Assembly: GCA_963727805.1 (NCBI GenBank)
Contig: CAVSHF010000003.1
Location: 928,001-992,000, forward strand
Direction of reading: 5' to 3'
DNA: 64,000 nt
Origin: an uncultured Nitrospiraceae bacterium
GTDB taxonomy: Bacteria > Nitrospirota > Thermodesulfovibrionia > Thermodesulfovibrionales > Dissulfurispiraceae
The notes beneath the pieces are model-generated. The model saw only the letters and a program-made list of their open reading frames with translations. It did not search any database and was not told where the DNA came from. Of the stretch, positions 51,631 to 60,290 are shown one piece after another; the stretch's first letter is position 1; each line of letters starts with the position of its first letter. Made by a program: the position numbers and the translations under genes.

Positions 51631-52050
51631 CCTCTCTCCTACGGCACCGATTAATAATATTAATTTGAAGAATCATTCATAAGTATAGCAAAAAGCTGTC
51701 CGCACAAGTACCTTTGAAAACCTGATAAGGCTAACATGTCAATGCGTTTCTAGAAATGCAACAGTGAAGATTTTTGAAAAGAATATCTCATGTCTGAGCG
51801 ATACAGATCAAGGCGTGTTATAAGAAGTCAATCGACGAAGTCGCAATGAAAGTTTTTTTGCAATCACCAAATTCCTAGTACTGGTACAATCAATAACTTT
51901 GCAGGTGACACCAACATTCTCAGGCTACGAGCTAATCCTGACTTCCTTAGAAGAGGAAGAAGTTGATCCGGAACAAGTCTTGGAAGCACCGCCCTGACAA
52001 TTGTCCAAACTATTTCACATCGCTGTCCGAACTAAATCGGAAGTTGACTG

Positions 52051-52476
52051 CTACTCTCCACTCCCATCTTTCAAGATTTGTTGAAGGTGCTTGGTCCTTT
52101 CACGGGTTAATTCAGCTTTCCGAAATAAGAAAGACATTGGATACATGCTACCCCAGCAGATTCTTACGTTGTCTTCAGGGCATGCAAATCTTGCTTCAAG
52201 ATCAGCATCACGAAATGCCAGCCAAGCTTTCTGGGCAAGCTGTAGTTTGCTAATAAATAACGGGTCATCAGCCTCTTTCTTGATGAGAGACTGATACGTT
52301 TGATTGAGCGCTTTGTCTGCCTTGGCCAAGTCATCACTAGCGCAGGCGTTTAGTTCTAATTGGCCCCCGCTATCGTTACATTTGATCTCATCGCCAGCCC
52401 ATAATGCGATTGGCACAAGCGCGATCAAGGCAAAGAGAACTGCTCGAATAATAATTCGAATCCCCCATTCTAACAA
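52051..52476 (-). CDS. LprI/DUF1311-family protein
   Basis: C...Q.ELN.CA...AD..LN..Y...L..AQ.AW..FRD...R...L; start uncertain. Confidence 0.85.
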   Translation of the reverse strand: MLEWGIRIIIRAVLFALIALVPIALWAGDEIKCNDSGGQLELNACASDDLAKADKALNQTYQSLIKKEADDPLFISKLQLAQKAWLAFRDADLEARFACPEDNVRICWGSMYPMSFLFRKAELTRERTKHLQQILKDGSGE

Positions 52477-52766
52477 TTACGATACCAACTTGGTCTTTTC
52501 TGCCAAAAGTATATCACACTTCAACACATAATAGAATATTGCTGTAACATATATTTCTTTAATATCATCCCATTAAAATTTGACAACTTGTGATAACACG
52601 AGATGCATTATTTTTGTTCCCTTGATGATCCGACTTTAATTATTCTATTATTGGAATGTTTTGTCGCTCAAAGAAAATATGCCGGGCAGATTATACTCAC
52701 CGAAGTCATTTCAAGGAAGTCTACAGCAGTGGATTGACGGCCTGAGAATCGCCACCTAATAGACGC

Positions 52767-53012
52767 CTATGCCTTTTTCTGTCGGTCCTCACCATGCGCC
52801 TTAGATCTGTCCGTTCGTATCAATCTGCGTACAAAAAAGACTACGCCCAGCGCAATAGCAATCCAGGATATTACCATGACTATTGTAATCCATGTCGGTA
52901 GGCTCGCACCCTGCTCGTCGATGTGGCCCGGACGATCTCCATGGGCATAGGCCGATGATGCAGCGCACAGAACCGCCACCGCTACGACGTTTACCAATTC
53001 ATACAATCTCAT
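52767..53012 (-). CDS. Small membrane protein with signal peptide and predicted N-terminal His after cleavage
   Basis: AYA|HGDRPGH followed by one TM helix; at the distal end of the copper cluster. Confidence 0.6.
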   Translation of the reverse strand: MRLYELVNVVAVAVLCAASSAYAHGDRPGHIDEQGASLPTWITIVMVISWIAIALGVVFFVRRLIRTDRSKAHGEDRQKKA

Positions 53013-53149
53013 GCGGTTGTTCCATTTTTATTTTCGATCAACGTTTTTATCTGCTTACACATGCCGTACATACAATGGAAAAAGCCGCGCATACCATTGC
53101 GGCATCCCCAAAAAGGATTTCAGAGCTTACAACATAGCCAACACTCTTA

Positions 53150-53551
53150 TTACTTACAATAGCTGCAACTGTCCTCGCAATATTTGCACCTGTATCCCGA
53201 TTTGACACAAACATTGAAACATTTGACGTCCTTATAGCGTTGACCCTGCCCCGGCTGCACCTTTTGACTGCCGCTATCACTTGTGCCACAGTTACAACTT
53301 GACTGACAGCATTTTTGAGTGTCATCTTGAACTCTGCAGCCCTTACAGCACTCCCTTTCAGAGGATGCTGACATAGCACCGGGAGGAAGAGTCACTAAAG
53401 CAATTAAAAAAATTATCAGTAGAACTAAGGGCCCAATTGGCAGGGTATCTTGCATGGTCGTGATTTTACGGTGGATCTTCTGTCCTTCTTTACAGTTTTC
53501 AGAAAAGTCAGATTCATCAGCTGACGAGGTGGTGAAGAGATAATTGTCCAT
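53150..53551 (-). CDS. Cys-rich small exported or anchored protein
   Basis: GGAGG RBS; hydrophobic segment; then 13 Cys in the last ~66 residues. Confidence 0.65.
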   Translation of the reverse strand: MDNYLFTTSSADESDFSENCKEGQKIHRKITTMQDTLPIGPLVLLIIFLIALVTLPPGAMSASSERECCKGCRVQDDTQKCCQSSCNCGTSDSGSQKVQPGQGQRYKDVKCFNVCVKSGYRCKYCEDSCSYCK

Positions 53552-53632
53552 GATGTCCTCCAGTAGTCGGATAAGACAATACCCGATATGAAGTATTAAC
53601 AGAACCTTCTATAATACTACTGCATAAGCGCA

Positions 53633-54883
53633 TTAATTCGCTATTGCAGGCCCGCTTAAGGTGCGAAGAAAGGCCTCAAGCTGGTCTAATTCCTTATCGC
53701 TCAATTCGCCGTGGCCAAGCTCATGACTATCCGATCCGCGGTAAAACTTGAGTACCTCTTTTAGTGTTGAGAATTGACCGGCGTGCATATAGGGAGCTCT
53801 TTGAGCAACATTTCTCAATGTAGGCGTCTTAAAGGCGCCTGAATATTTTGTTGTATTCGTATCCAGGTATCTCAGTTCCGCACAATCACCGGGGCCGGCA
53901 TCGCTGTATTTGCCCAGACAGTTAAACTCATCCGCGAGTACCTTCCTGATGCCGTCAGCCCTTCCATTGTCGCGAGGCATTTTGGTAGGCGTCGGTACGC
54001 CAGTATTATGAAAGTCGCTATTGGTAAAGAGAGGGCCAGTATGGCAATTTGTGCATTTGGCCTTGCCTATAAAGAGCCTGAGGCCGCCCGCTTCGTCAGG
54101 TGTAAACATCTTTGAAAGAGCCGTCGTATCGCTGTCGATAAGAGCCTTGGCATACCCATCAAATCGTGACGGTCCTGGAACAATAGTCCGGACATAAGCG
54201 GCAATTGCCTTGCCCATGTTGGCATAAATGCGATCAACCTCATCACGCTGGACCGGCGTCATCGATGCCCATGTCTTGAGTGAAACGATATCTTCCGTGG
54301 CAGGGCTCGCGACAGCATTTTTTATGTCGGGTATCTTACCGAAAATCGCCTCATATTCTGTCCGGTAATGCCTGGCGATCAGATAGGCGCATGCTGTCCT
54401 TGTAAATCCGTGCTCGACGTTGCTCTCAAGCGGACCCAGTGCCTGCGACCAGAGGCTGTCTTTTCTCCCGTCCCAGAAAAACCATGTATTATAGGCAACT
54501 CCCAACAGAGGCATCGATCTTCTTGTTGTGGATCCTATCCCATGCGCCAACGGAAGGTCATCGGTAAAGCTCATGTCGGGCCTATGGCAGGTGGCGCATG
54601 ATACTTTCAGGTTTCCGCTAAAACGCGAATCAAAGAAGAATCTTTTGCCGAGCGCTATGGCTGCAGGATTATCGGCAAAGGAATTAGAAGGATCTTTCGG
54701 TAGGGCTGGCAGAGATCCTATCCATAAAGAACGTATGACAGAGATCTCCTTTTGATCCCATGAATGAATGCCGTTTTCTGAGGCGCATGCCATCGGTGCG
54801 AGATGTAACGGTATCGCTAATACTACTATGAATAAAAGCGCTGACAGGTGATAATGTCTTTGTGCATTCTTAATGATTTTCAT
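53633..54883 (-). CDS. Di-heme cytochrome c peroxidase superfamily protein (bCcP/MauG/MbnH-like)
   Basis: LG..FFFD, CATCH, FWDGR, CTNCH and FKTPTLRNV...APYMHAG. Confidence 0.92.
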   Translation of the reverse strand: MKIIKNAQRHYHLSALLFIVVLAIPLHLAPMACASENGIHSWDQKEISVIRSLWIGSLPALPKDPSNSFADNPAAIALGKRFFFDSRFSGNLKVSCATCHRPDMSFTDDLPLAHGIGSTTRRSMPLLGVAYNTWFFWDGRKDSLWSQALGPLESNVEHGFTRTACAYLIARHYRTEYEAIFGKIPDIKNAVASPATEDIVSLKTWASMTPVQRDEVDRIYANMGKAIAAYVRTIVPGPSRFDGYAKALIDSDTTALSKMFTPDEAGGLRLFIGKAKCTNCHTGPLFTNSDFHNTGVPTPTKMPRDNGRADGIRKVLADEFNCLGKYSDAGPGDCAELRYLDTNTTKYSGAFKTPTLRNVAQRAPYMHAGQFSTLKEVLKFYRGSDSHELGHGELSDKELDQLEAFLRTLSGPAIAN

Positions 54884-54896
54884 AGGGACATTCTCG

Positions 54897-55733
54897 TTAT
54901 GGCACAATAAGGTTAAAGGTAATAATGTCTTCCATGCCCTCTGCCTTTATCTTAAATGTCATCACCCACCATCCAGGCATACTGAATTTCAGCCCTTGTA
55001 CGACATAATCTCCGGCAACTGCACCCTCAGCTACCTCTGGCATAGTTGGAAGGCCGTGCCCATGTTCAGGCATTTCACCACTAAGGACGACTTCCGCGTT
55101 CTTTACGGCGCGACCATCTGCCATCACGACTCTCAATTTCCAGCTGATTATCCTGCCGACCGGGATCGGCATGACATTGCTTGCATATGACGCTCTGAAC
55201 AGTTTTTTTACTGACTCGCGGGCTGCAGATGTGTCGACATCTGCAGGGGCTGAAGAATGCATCATTTTATGCTCATCCTGCGACATTGATGCCGATCTGC
55301 TAACGTCCGGGAAATCGAAGGTGACATTGTCCTCTGTATTGTTCTTCTGAATCTTCAGTCGAAGCTCCCAGCGCCCTTCCATTATTAGGATTATATTTTC
55401 GACGCTATATGTACCCCCGCCCCTCTCTTTGACCACTGGCTTCTCAAAAACACCATGACCCATCTCCGGCATCCAGGGGACGACCTTTATTTCCGCACCG
55501 GCCACATCCTTGTCGCTTTTGTCGTGGACGATTATGTCAAGAGTATTAACTCCCACTTTAAGGTCTTTATCTTTGATCACCATCTCGACAGAGTATACGC
55601 CATTGTCCGTCATCTTGAAGAGGCTCTGCTCATAGTGTTTCGTGTGTTGATCGGCTTCTGAATGACCTGTATGAGCGGCAAACACAATTAACGGGAAAAG
55701 CACAACAGCTATGGCTAATAAAACAGTTCTCAT
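54897..55733 (-). CDS. Periplasmic tandem YtkA/FixH-like domain protein
   Basis: Signal peptide; PWMPEMGHG...MEGRW; MPEHGHG...FSMPGWW. Confidence 0.85.
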   Translation of the reverse strand: MRTVLLAIAVVLFPLIVFAAHTGHSEADQHTKHYEQSLFKMTDNGVYSVEMVIKDKDLKVGVNTLDIIVHDKSDKDVAGAEIKVVPWMPEMGHGVFEKPVVKERGGGTYSVENIILIMEGRWELRLKIQKNNTEDNVTFDFPDVSRSASMSQDEHKMMHSSAPADVDTSAARESVKKLFRASYASNVMPIPVGRIISWKLRVVMADGRAVKNAEVVLSGEMPEHGHGLPTMPEVAEGAVAGDYVVQGLKFSMPGWWVMTFKIKAEGMEDIITFNLIVP

Positions 55734-55812
55734 GGCAGGGACCTCATTCCAATAGATATAGGATGTTCTAAAAAAATATTCCTTGTCAGCAGCTGTACTA
55801 TGCTAATAAACA

Positions 55813-55844
55813 GTCAGGGCAGGAACATTAAGTCCTGCCCTGAC
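55813..55844 (-). terminator. Intra-operon hairpin / terminator after the Met-rich gene
   Basis: 12-bp stem GTCAGGGCAGGA/TCCTGCCCTGAC followed by TGTTTATT on the minus strand. Confidence 0.7.
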
Positions 55845-55852
55845 GAATCAGA

Positions 55853-56602
55853 CTATTTAGAGCCGGCTGAAGGCATCTTGGAAAGTAAATCGATGACTTT
55901 CATGGCAGCTTCGCCATGCTGATGAGACATCGCCATCATTGGGTTGTCCATCGTCATGCCCTTTTCATGCATGTCCATCATCTCTTTGCCGCCCATCATG
56001 TCGGATACCATGGGTTTGGCATCCTTCATCATCTCTTTTCCGTGCTCGACTGTCATCTTGTCTACAGCACCTGCCATGCCCATCTCCCCAAGCATTACCA
56101 TATTAGCTCCTTCGGCAGCCATTTGCAAGGCATGATTGACCATCATATGCATATGGTGCATTGACATCATGCCAGGAGCGGACATGTCCTCCATAGACAT
56201 CTTTTCGAGTATGTCAGCGACTTTGAGCATAGATTCGCCAAGTTGATGTGTGTAGTCCATCATCGGGTCCTTGCCATGTTTCTTCATCATAGCTGTCATC
56301 TCCGGGCCATTTAGGGCACGAACGATCAATTCCTTGCCTTCTTTCATCATGTGGTGTCCGTGATGGAGCATCTTTTCATCGACTCCCGGTGCCATTTTCA
56401 TCTGCGCAAGCATCGCCATATTCGAACCCTCGGCTATCATCGATATGCCGTGATTCATCAGCATATGGAAGTGATGCATGTGCATAGAGGCATCATGGCC
56501 CTTGTGCTTCATCTCTTCAGCATTTGCAGAACCAAACATAGCAAAAGACAAGATAACTGCTAATACAATTATCCTGTTAAGTCTTTTCATCATACCTTTC
56601 AT
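55853..56602 (-). CDS. Periplasmic Met/His-rich two-repeat protein, putative copper binding or storage
   Basis: Signal peptide; about 50 Met, many His and no Cys; duplicated MHHxHMxxNH...AEGxNMxML...HQxGE unit. Confidence 0.8.
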   Translation of the reverse strand: MKGMMKRLNRIIVLAVILSFAMFGSANAEEMKHKGHDASMHMHHFHMLMNHGISMIAEGSNMAMLAQMKMAPGVDEKMLHHGHHMMKEGKELIVRALNGPEMTAMMKKHGKDPMMDYTHQLGESMLKVADILEKMSMEDMSAPGMMSMHHMHMMVNHALQMAAEGANMVMLGEMGMAGAVDKMTVEHGKEMMKDAKPMVSDMMGGKEMMDMHEKGMTMDNPMMAMSHQHGEAAMKVIDLLSKMPSAGSK

Positions 56603-56794
56603 AAATAATCCTCCTTTGTTGTCGGTCTAAACCGACTTTCGGTTATCTTAAAGATAACGTGTAGCCATATAAAATATAGCTATGATCGATCCGTCAAACA
56701 ACTTCACCGTAAGTTTGTGCAAATCGCCTGTCACCATTACGTCCGCAGTGGTGGAAGAAATCACTGGATTATGTTCATCCAGTGACATGTCTGC

Positions 56795-58129
56795 CTATCC
56801 ACTACTGACCGGGAAGGCAAAGGTGACATTGTCCTCTGCATTGTCCTTTTTAATCTTCAGCCTCATCTCCCAGCGTCCTTCCATTATAAGCACAACATTT
56901 TCTACACTATATGTACCGCCTCCCTTCTCTTTGACTACGGGTTTATCAAAGACCCCATGCCCCATCTCCGGCATCCAGGGGACAACATTCATTTCCGCGC
57001 CAGTTACCTCTTTCCCATTTTTGTCCTGGAGCACGACGTCAAAAGTATTAACTCCCACCTGAAGAGCTTGATCTTTGATCACAATCTTCACAGAATACAG
57101 ACCATTGGCCGTCATCTTTAACAGACTCTGCTCATTGACCTGTTCCTTACGTTGACTCATGCCACGATCGGTACTCGTTTCAGGATTTGAAAGCGTTCTT
57201 TGTTCGCGTTCCAGCAGCAGCATATGGACAGCATGACGTGCGGGGACTTCTTGTGTGAAAAGAGAGACACAGAAAAGTATCGCCAGTATCAGGAAAGCTT
57301 CGACTCTGCTCCGCTTGAGAAACTTTGTAACGTATGCAGCTTCGTCCTTTCCCTTCTGAGGAGGGGCGATGTATCTTGAAGTGAGATATGCAAAGATAAG
57401 CAACTTGATCGAAAGTAACCGTCCGTAGGTATTCGTCAGAAGTGCCCCGAAGGATCCGACATCTACCCAGGCGTTGTAAAGCCCCGTAAAGACGAGCACA
57501 GCAAAAACAGGACCGAAAAGGACGTAGAACCTGTCAGCTATGCCAGATACGATATGCTGCTGTTCGACGTTGTCCGCTATTTTAGATGCAGAAAACATAA
57601 TCGATATCGTCAGTAGTGTTCCTCCCCAGGAGATAGATGCCAGAAGATGGAACCAGTCTGATAATTCCTGCAGGCTAAAGTCTCCGTTGTCTGCACCGTG
57701 GCTTGTCGCACTGCGTGAAAAGGCAATGGCAGCGCAGGCTAAAAGCAATACAATAGCTATAATACGTGAATTCAGATGCCGATTCCCCAGCCACCAAACA
57801 CACCAGGCTAAGACGATACCAACCGCCCTCACGAGCCACATGCTTCCATAATGCGAACTGAACAGAACAGTTGGCAATACAGGGACTATTTCCGTGATGC
57901 CCAGACCTGCCATCACCATAGCTCGCTGCACAAGGAGGCCTAAGCTGCTGATGCTCAGTCCGACAAGGCAAAATAAGAGCAGCCTGCGGCAACCGTCAGA
58001 ACATTGGTTGGTTGGTGAGTCGACGGATACCGGGCGCATAGTCCAGAAAAGGCAAAGGATAGTGCCAACGAACAAGGATAGCGCCGAAAGATCGATGAAC
58101 GGCATCAAGCTATGCAGAAATATATCCAT
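56795..58129 (-). CDS. copD: CopD-family inner-membrane copper protein fused to a C-terminal YtkA-like domain
   Basis: About eight TM segments; SHG, HLLASISWGG, TG.YN and T.YG.LL..K; C-terminal PWMPEMGHG domain. Start re-called to 58129. Confidence 0.85.
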   Translation of the reverse strand: MDIFLHSLMPFIDLSALSLFVGTILCLFWTMRPVSVDSPTNQCSDGCRRLLLFCLVGLSISSLGLLVQRAMVMAGLGITEIVPVLPTVLFSSHYGSMWLVRAVGIVLAWCVWWLGNRHLNSRIIAIVLLLACAAIAFSRSATSHGADNGDFSLQELSDWFHLLASISWGGTLLTISIMFSASKIADNVEQQHIVSGIADRFYVLFGPVFAVLVFTGLYNAWVDVGSFGALLTNTYGRLLSIKLLIFAYLTSRYIAPPQKGKDEAAYVTKFLKRSRVEAFLILAILFCVSLFTQEVPARHAVHMLLLEREQRTLSNPETSTDRGMSQRKEQVNEQSLLKMTANGLYSVKIVIKDQALQVGVNTFDVVLQDKNGKEVTGAEMNVVPWMPEMGHGVFDKPVVKEKGGGTYSVENVVLIMEGRWEMRLKIKKDNAEDNVTFAFPVSSG

Positions 58130-58139
58130 GTCATTGACC

Positions 58140-58514
58140 TCATTTGATCGTAAATCTATAATCCCCGGTAGTGCGGTGTCCGTCTCTTGCCACGACGTTC
58201 CAAATGACACGATAGGTTCCAGCCGGCAGCGGAGGCAAGCCGACTTCGAGCAGGACCGAATTGGAGGGGTTCACCCGGCTGTTGCCCTGGTCCACTTGTT
58301 TGCCACTCATGTCCTGGACTGTCATCTTGCTGAAGGCCGGCTCAATATCCCCATCGAACCATATATATGCGCCGACAGGCGGAGTCGAAATAGTCTCCCC
58401 GACCCTCGGAATTGAATGATCGGGGAAGGCATGCCCATGGGACATACTAGGTAATACAAGCAGTAACGCAAGATAAGAAAGCGCTACTGCCGTCCTGACA
58501 TTCATGATATGCAT
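58140..58514 (-). CDS. copC: CopC copper chaperone
   Basis: Signal peptide, mature HAF...S.P, G.Y.V.W and DGH..G...F; no Met-rich loop. Confidence 0.92.
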   Translation of the reverse strand: MHIMNVRTAVALSYLALLLVLPSMSHGHAFPDHSIPRVGETISTPPVGAYIWFDGDIEPAFSKMTVQDMSGKQVDQGNSRVNPSNSVLLEVGLPPLPAGTYRVIWNVVARDGHRTTGDYRFTIK

Positions 58515-58520
58515 AAGAGT

Positions 58521-59528
58521 TTAGTGAAAAATCGGCCCGCCTATGCTCTTCGGGAACAGGTCATCAACAAATAAATGTATCAGACCAAGAACGCCGACAG
58601 TCTTCCCCGACCTTGAGTTGACAGGCAGTTCTGCAGCAATTCCGAACTCCATGAACTTCCCCGCCCACACCACACCCGGGTTGATAGTTCCAGTCGTCAG
58701 TCCCTTACTGTCCTGGCTCACGTTGGTCTGCATGGGAAATTCCACGACAAGGATCATGCGTTTGAAGGGATCCGGCAGGCCGATGTCTTTTACATGCTGT
58801 TGCAGGTACATGAGACTGTACTGAATTGTGAACCCCCAGTTAAAAGTCTTAGCATTGTAACTTATAGTCGTGTCTCCAGTATCCGGATCCGTACTGACAT
58901 TCTTGCTTCGTGTGGGGAACCCCATACCAATAGCTCCTGTAACTGCAAACGGTCTGATAAAACTAACGGAGTCTGGCAGATCGCCAAGACCCTTTCCGAA
59001 AAAGAGCCCAGGTGTTACGGTCGAAAATGAGTCCGAAATCTGATGTGCCCCTGTGCCTCCAAGGTCGACGTCAGTACCGATTGACATAATCAGTTCATGG
59101 GGAGCATTTGTCAAAAACTGCCATTTCGCACCCACACCGAGGTTATCCCAGCCATGCGCCGAGGTGCCATCATCGAACTTCTGGTGTATGTATGCTTCAT
59201 GAAATTCAAACCCGAAGTTCGGGATCAGGCGTTTGGAAACGTCGATGTTTATGTCAGTTTCCTTCGATGCCGGGTCTCCAGATTGTCTATTGTGGTGTAT
59301 AAGGATCGAAAACTCATCTGAAATAAAGGGGTCGTCCACTGCGAATGTCGTGGGGAAAAACCTGTTGCCCGCGATACCGTGTGCCAAAGCCATGTCCGGC
59401 ACAAGAAGTACTAATGACAAGGCAACCCCAAGAGTGCTCAACAGAGATGCTGTCAGTATCGAACCTCCCGACAACGACCAACTTATCGTCCACTTTTTTT
59501 TCGCGTTTCTTTTAATAGATTTTATCAC
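58521..59528 (-). CDS. Putative outer-membrane beta-barrel associated with copCD
   Basis: Signal peptide ending ALA|HG, GNRFFP...DDP, then amphipathic strands. GTG start at 59528 after GGAGG (start uncertain). Confidence 0.7.
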   Translation of the reverse strand: MIKSIKRNAKKKWTISWSLSGGSILTASLLSTLGVALSLVLLVPDMALAHGIAGNRFFPTTFAVDDPFISDEFSILIHHNRQSGDPASKETDINIDVSKRLIPNFGFEFHEAYIHQKFDDGTSAHGWDNLGVGAKWQFLTNAPHELIMSIGTDVDLGGTGAHQISDSFSTVTPGLFFGKGLGDLPDSVSFIRPFAVTGAIGMGFPTRSKNVSTDPDTGDTTISYNAKTFNWGFTIQYSLMYLQQHVKDIGLPDPFKRMILVVEFPMQTNVSQDSKGLTTGTINPGVVWAGKFMEFGIAAELPVNSRSGKTVGVLGLIHLFVDDLFPKSIGGPIFH

Positions 59529-59686
59529 TTCTAAAACCTCCATATTTTTATGTTCAACATCCCTAAAGTAAGGCCGTATGGTGCCTGCTTCCTTCCACTG
59601 TTTGTCAAAAGCAAGAGAAATATCCAAGTGGTGACCTCTGCCTTGCACATACCAAATCTGGATATTTCAGACAGACAGTTTCGAAT

Positions 59687-60019
59687 CTAGCTTGCATACT
59701 CTGGGGGAGGATAATCTTGAAAGACTATCAATAAAGCGCTAGGTGTGAAACTCGATGCAGTATAACCCCCGACATAATGCATTGAAGCAGATAGGTATGC
59801 ACTTTCGTGGACAACGGGCGTGTCAATGCTCTTCTGAATCCCCTCTGTCGAAGCGTGGCAGACCTCTAGTGTAGCAATGCATGGCACGCTGGAGTTTGTA
59901 GACATGCATATATTTACTTTTGGCATTATTGATAAGACCAGACAGATTACACTTATTACCGGAATAAGTTTCGCGAAGTTTGCTATATCCAAAAAACCTT
60001 GCGATGATTTTATTTGCAT
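59687..60019 (-). CDS. Putative leader protein with LEVCH motif and C-terminal YPPPE (copy 1)
   Basis: Hydrophobic N-terminus, LEVCH and IVFQDYPPPEYAS*; paralog of 61958-62260. Confidence 0.7.
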   Translation of the reverse strand: MQIKSSQGFLDIANFAKLIPVISVICLVLSIMPKVNICMSTNSSVPCIATLEVCHASTEGIQKSIDTPVVHESAYLSASMHYVGGYTASSFTPSALLIVFQDYPPPEYAS

Positions 60020-60025
60020 GTTACC

Positions 60026-60053
60026 AGAATATCATGTCCTCAAAAAAAATCAA
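60026..60053 (-). promoter_or_regulatory. Sigma70-like promoter TTGATT-N16-TATTCT with extended TG
   Basis: Same architecture as 62293-62320; the ATG lies only 6 nt past the -10 box. Confidence 0.5.
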
Positions 60054-60290
60054 GGATGTCGGTGCATTTGTCACCGGGTTTGATGCTAAAACATGATAGA
60101 TTCTTTCCTTATTCCTCTCAGCATGCACTTTGCCGCAAGGTGTTATAGGCCATTTTTTTGTGGGGGGTCTTTCGACCCCTCCAAATCGGCTTCTATCAAT
60201 GCGTGGTGGAATTCTAAAAAAGCTCGATGAAAGAACAGATTGCCTTCTTGCGCCTGTCTCAGCACCGCCGAAGCCGTTGACAGCCCTGAG

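Noticed and set aside
60162..60183. Hairpin GGGGGGTC-TTTC-GACCCCTCC as a terminator
   Set aside because: No U-tract follows it on either strand; function unclear.
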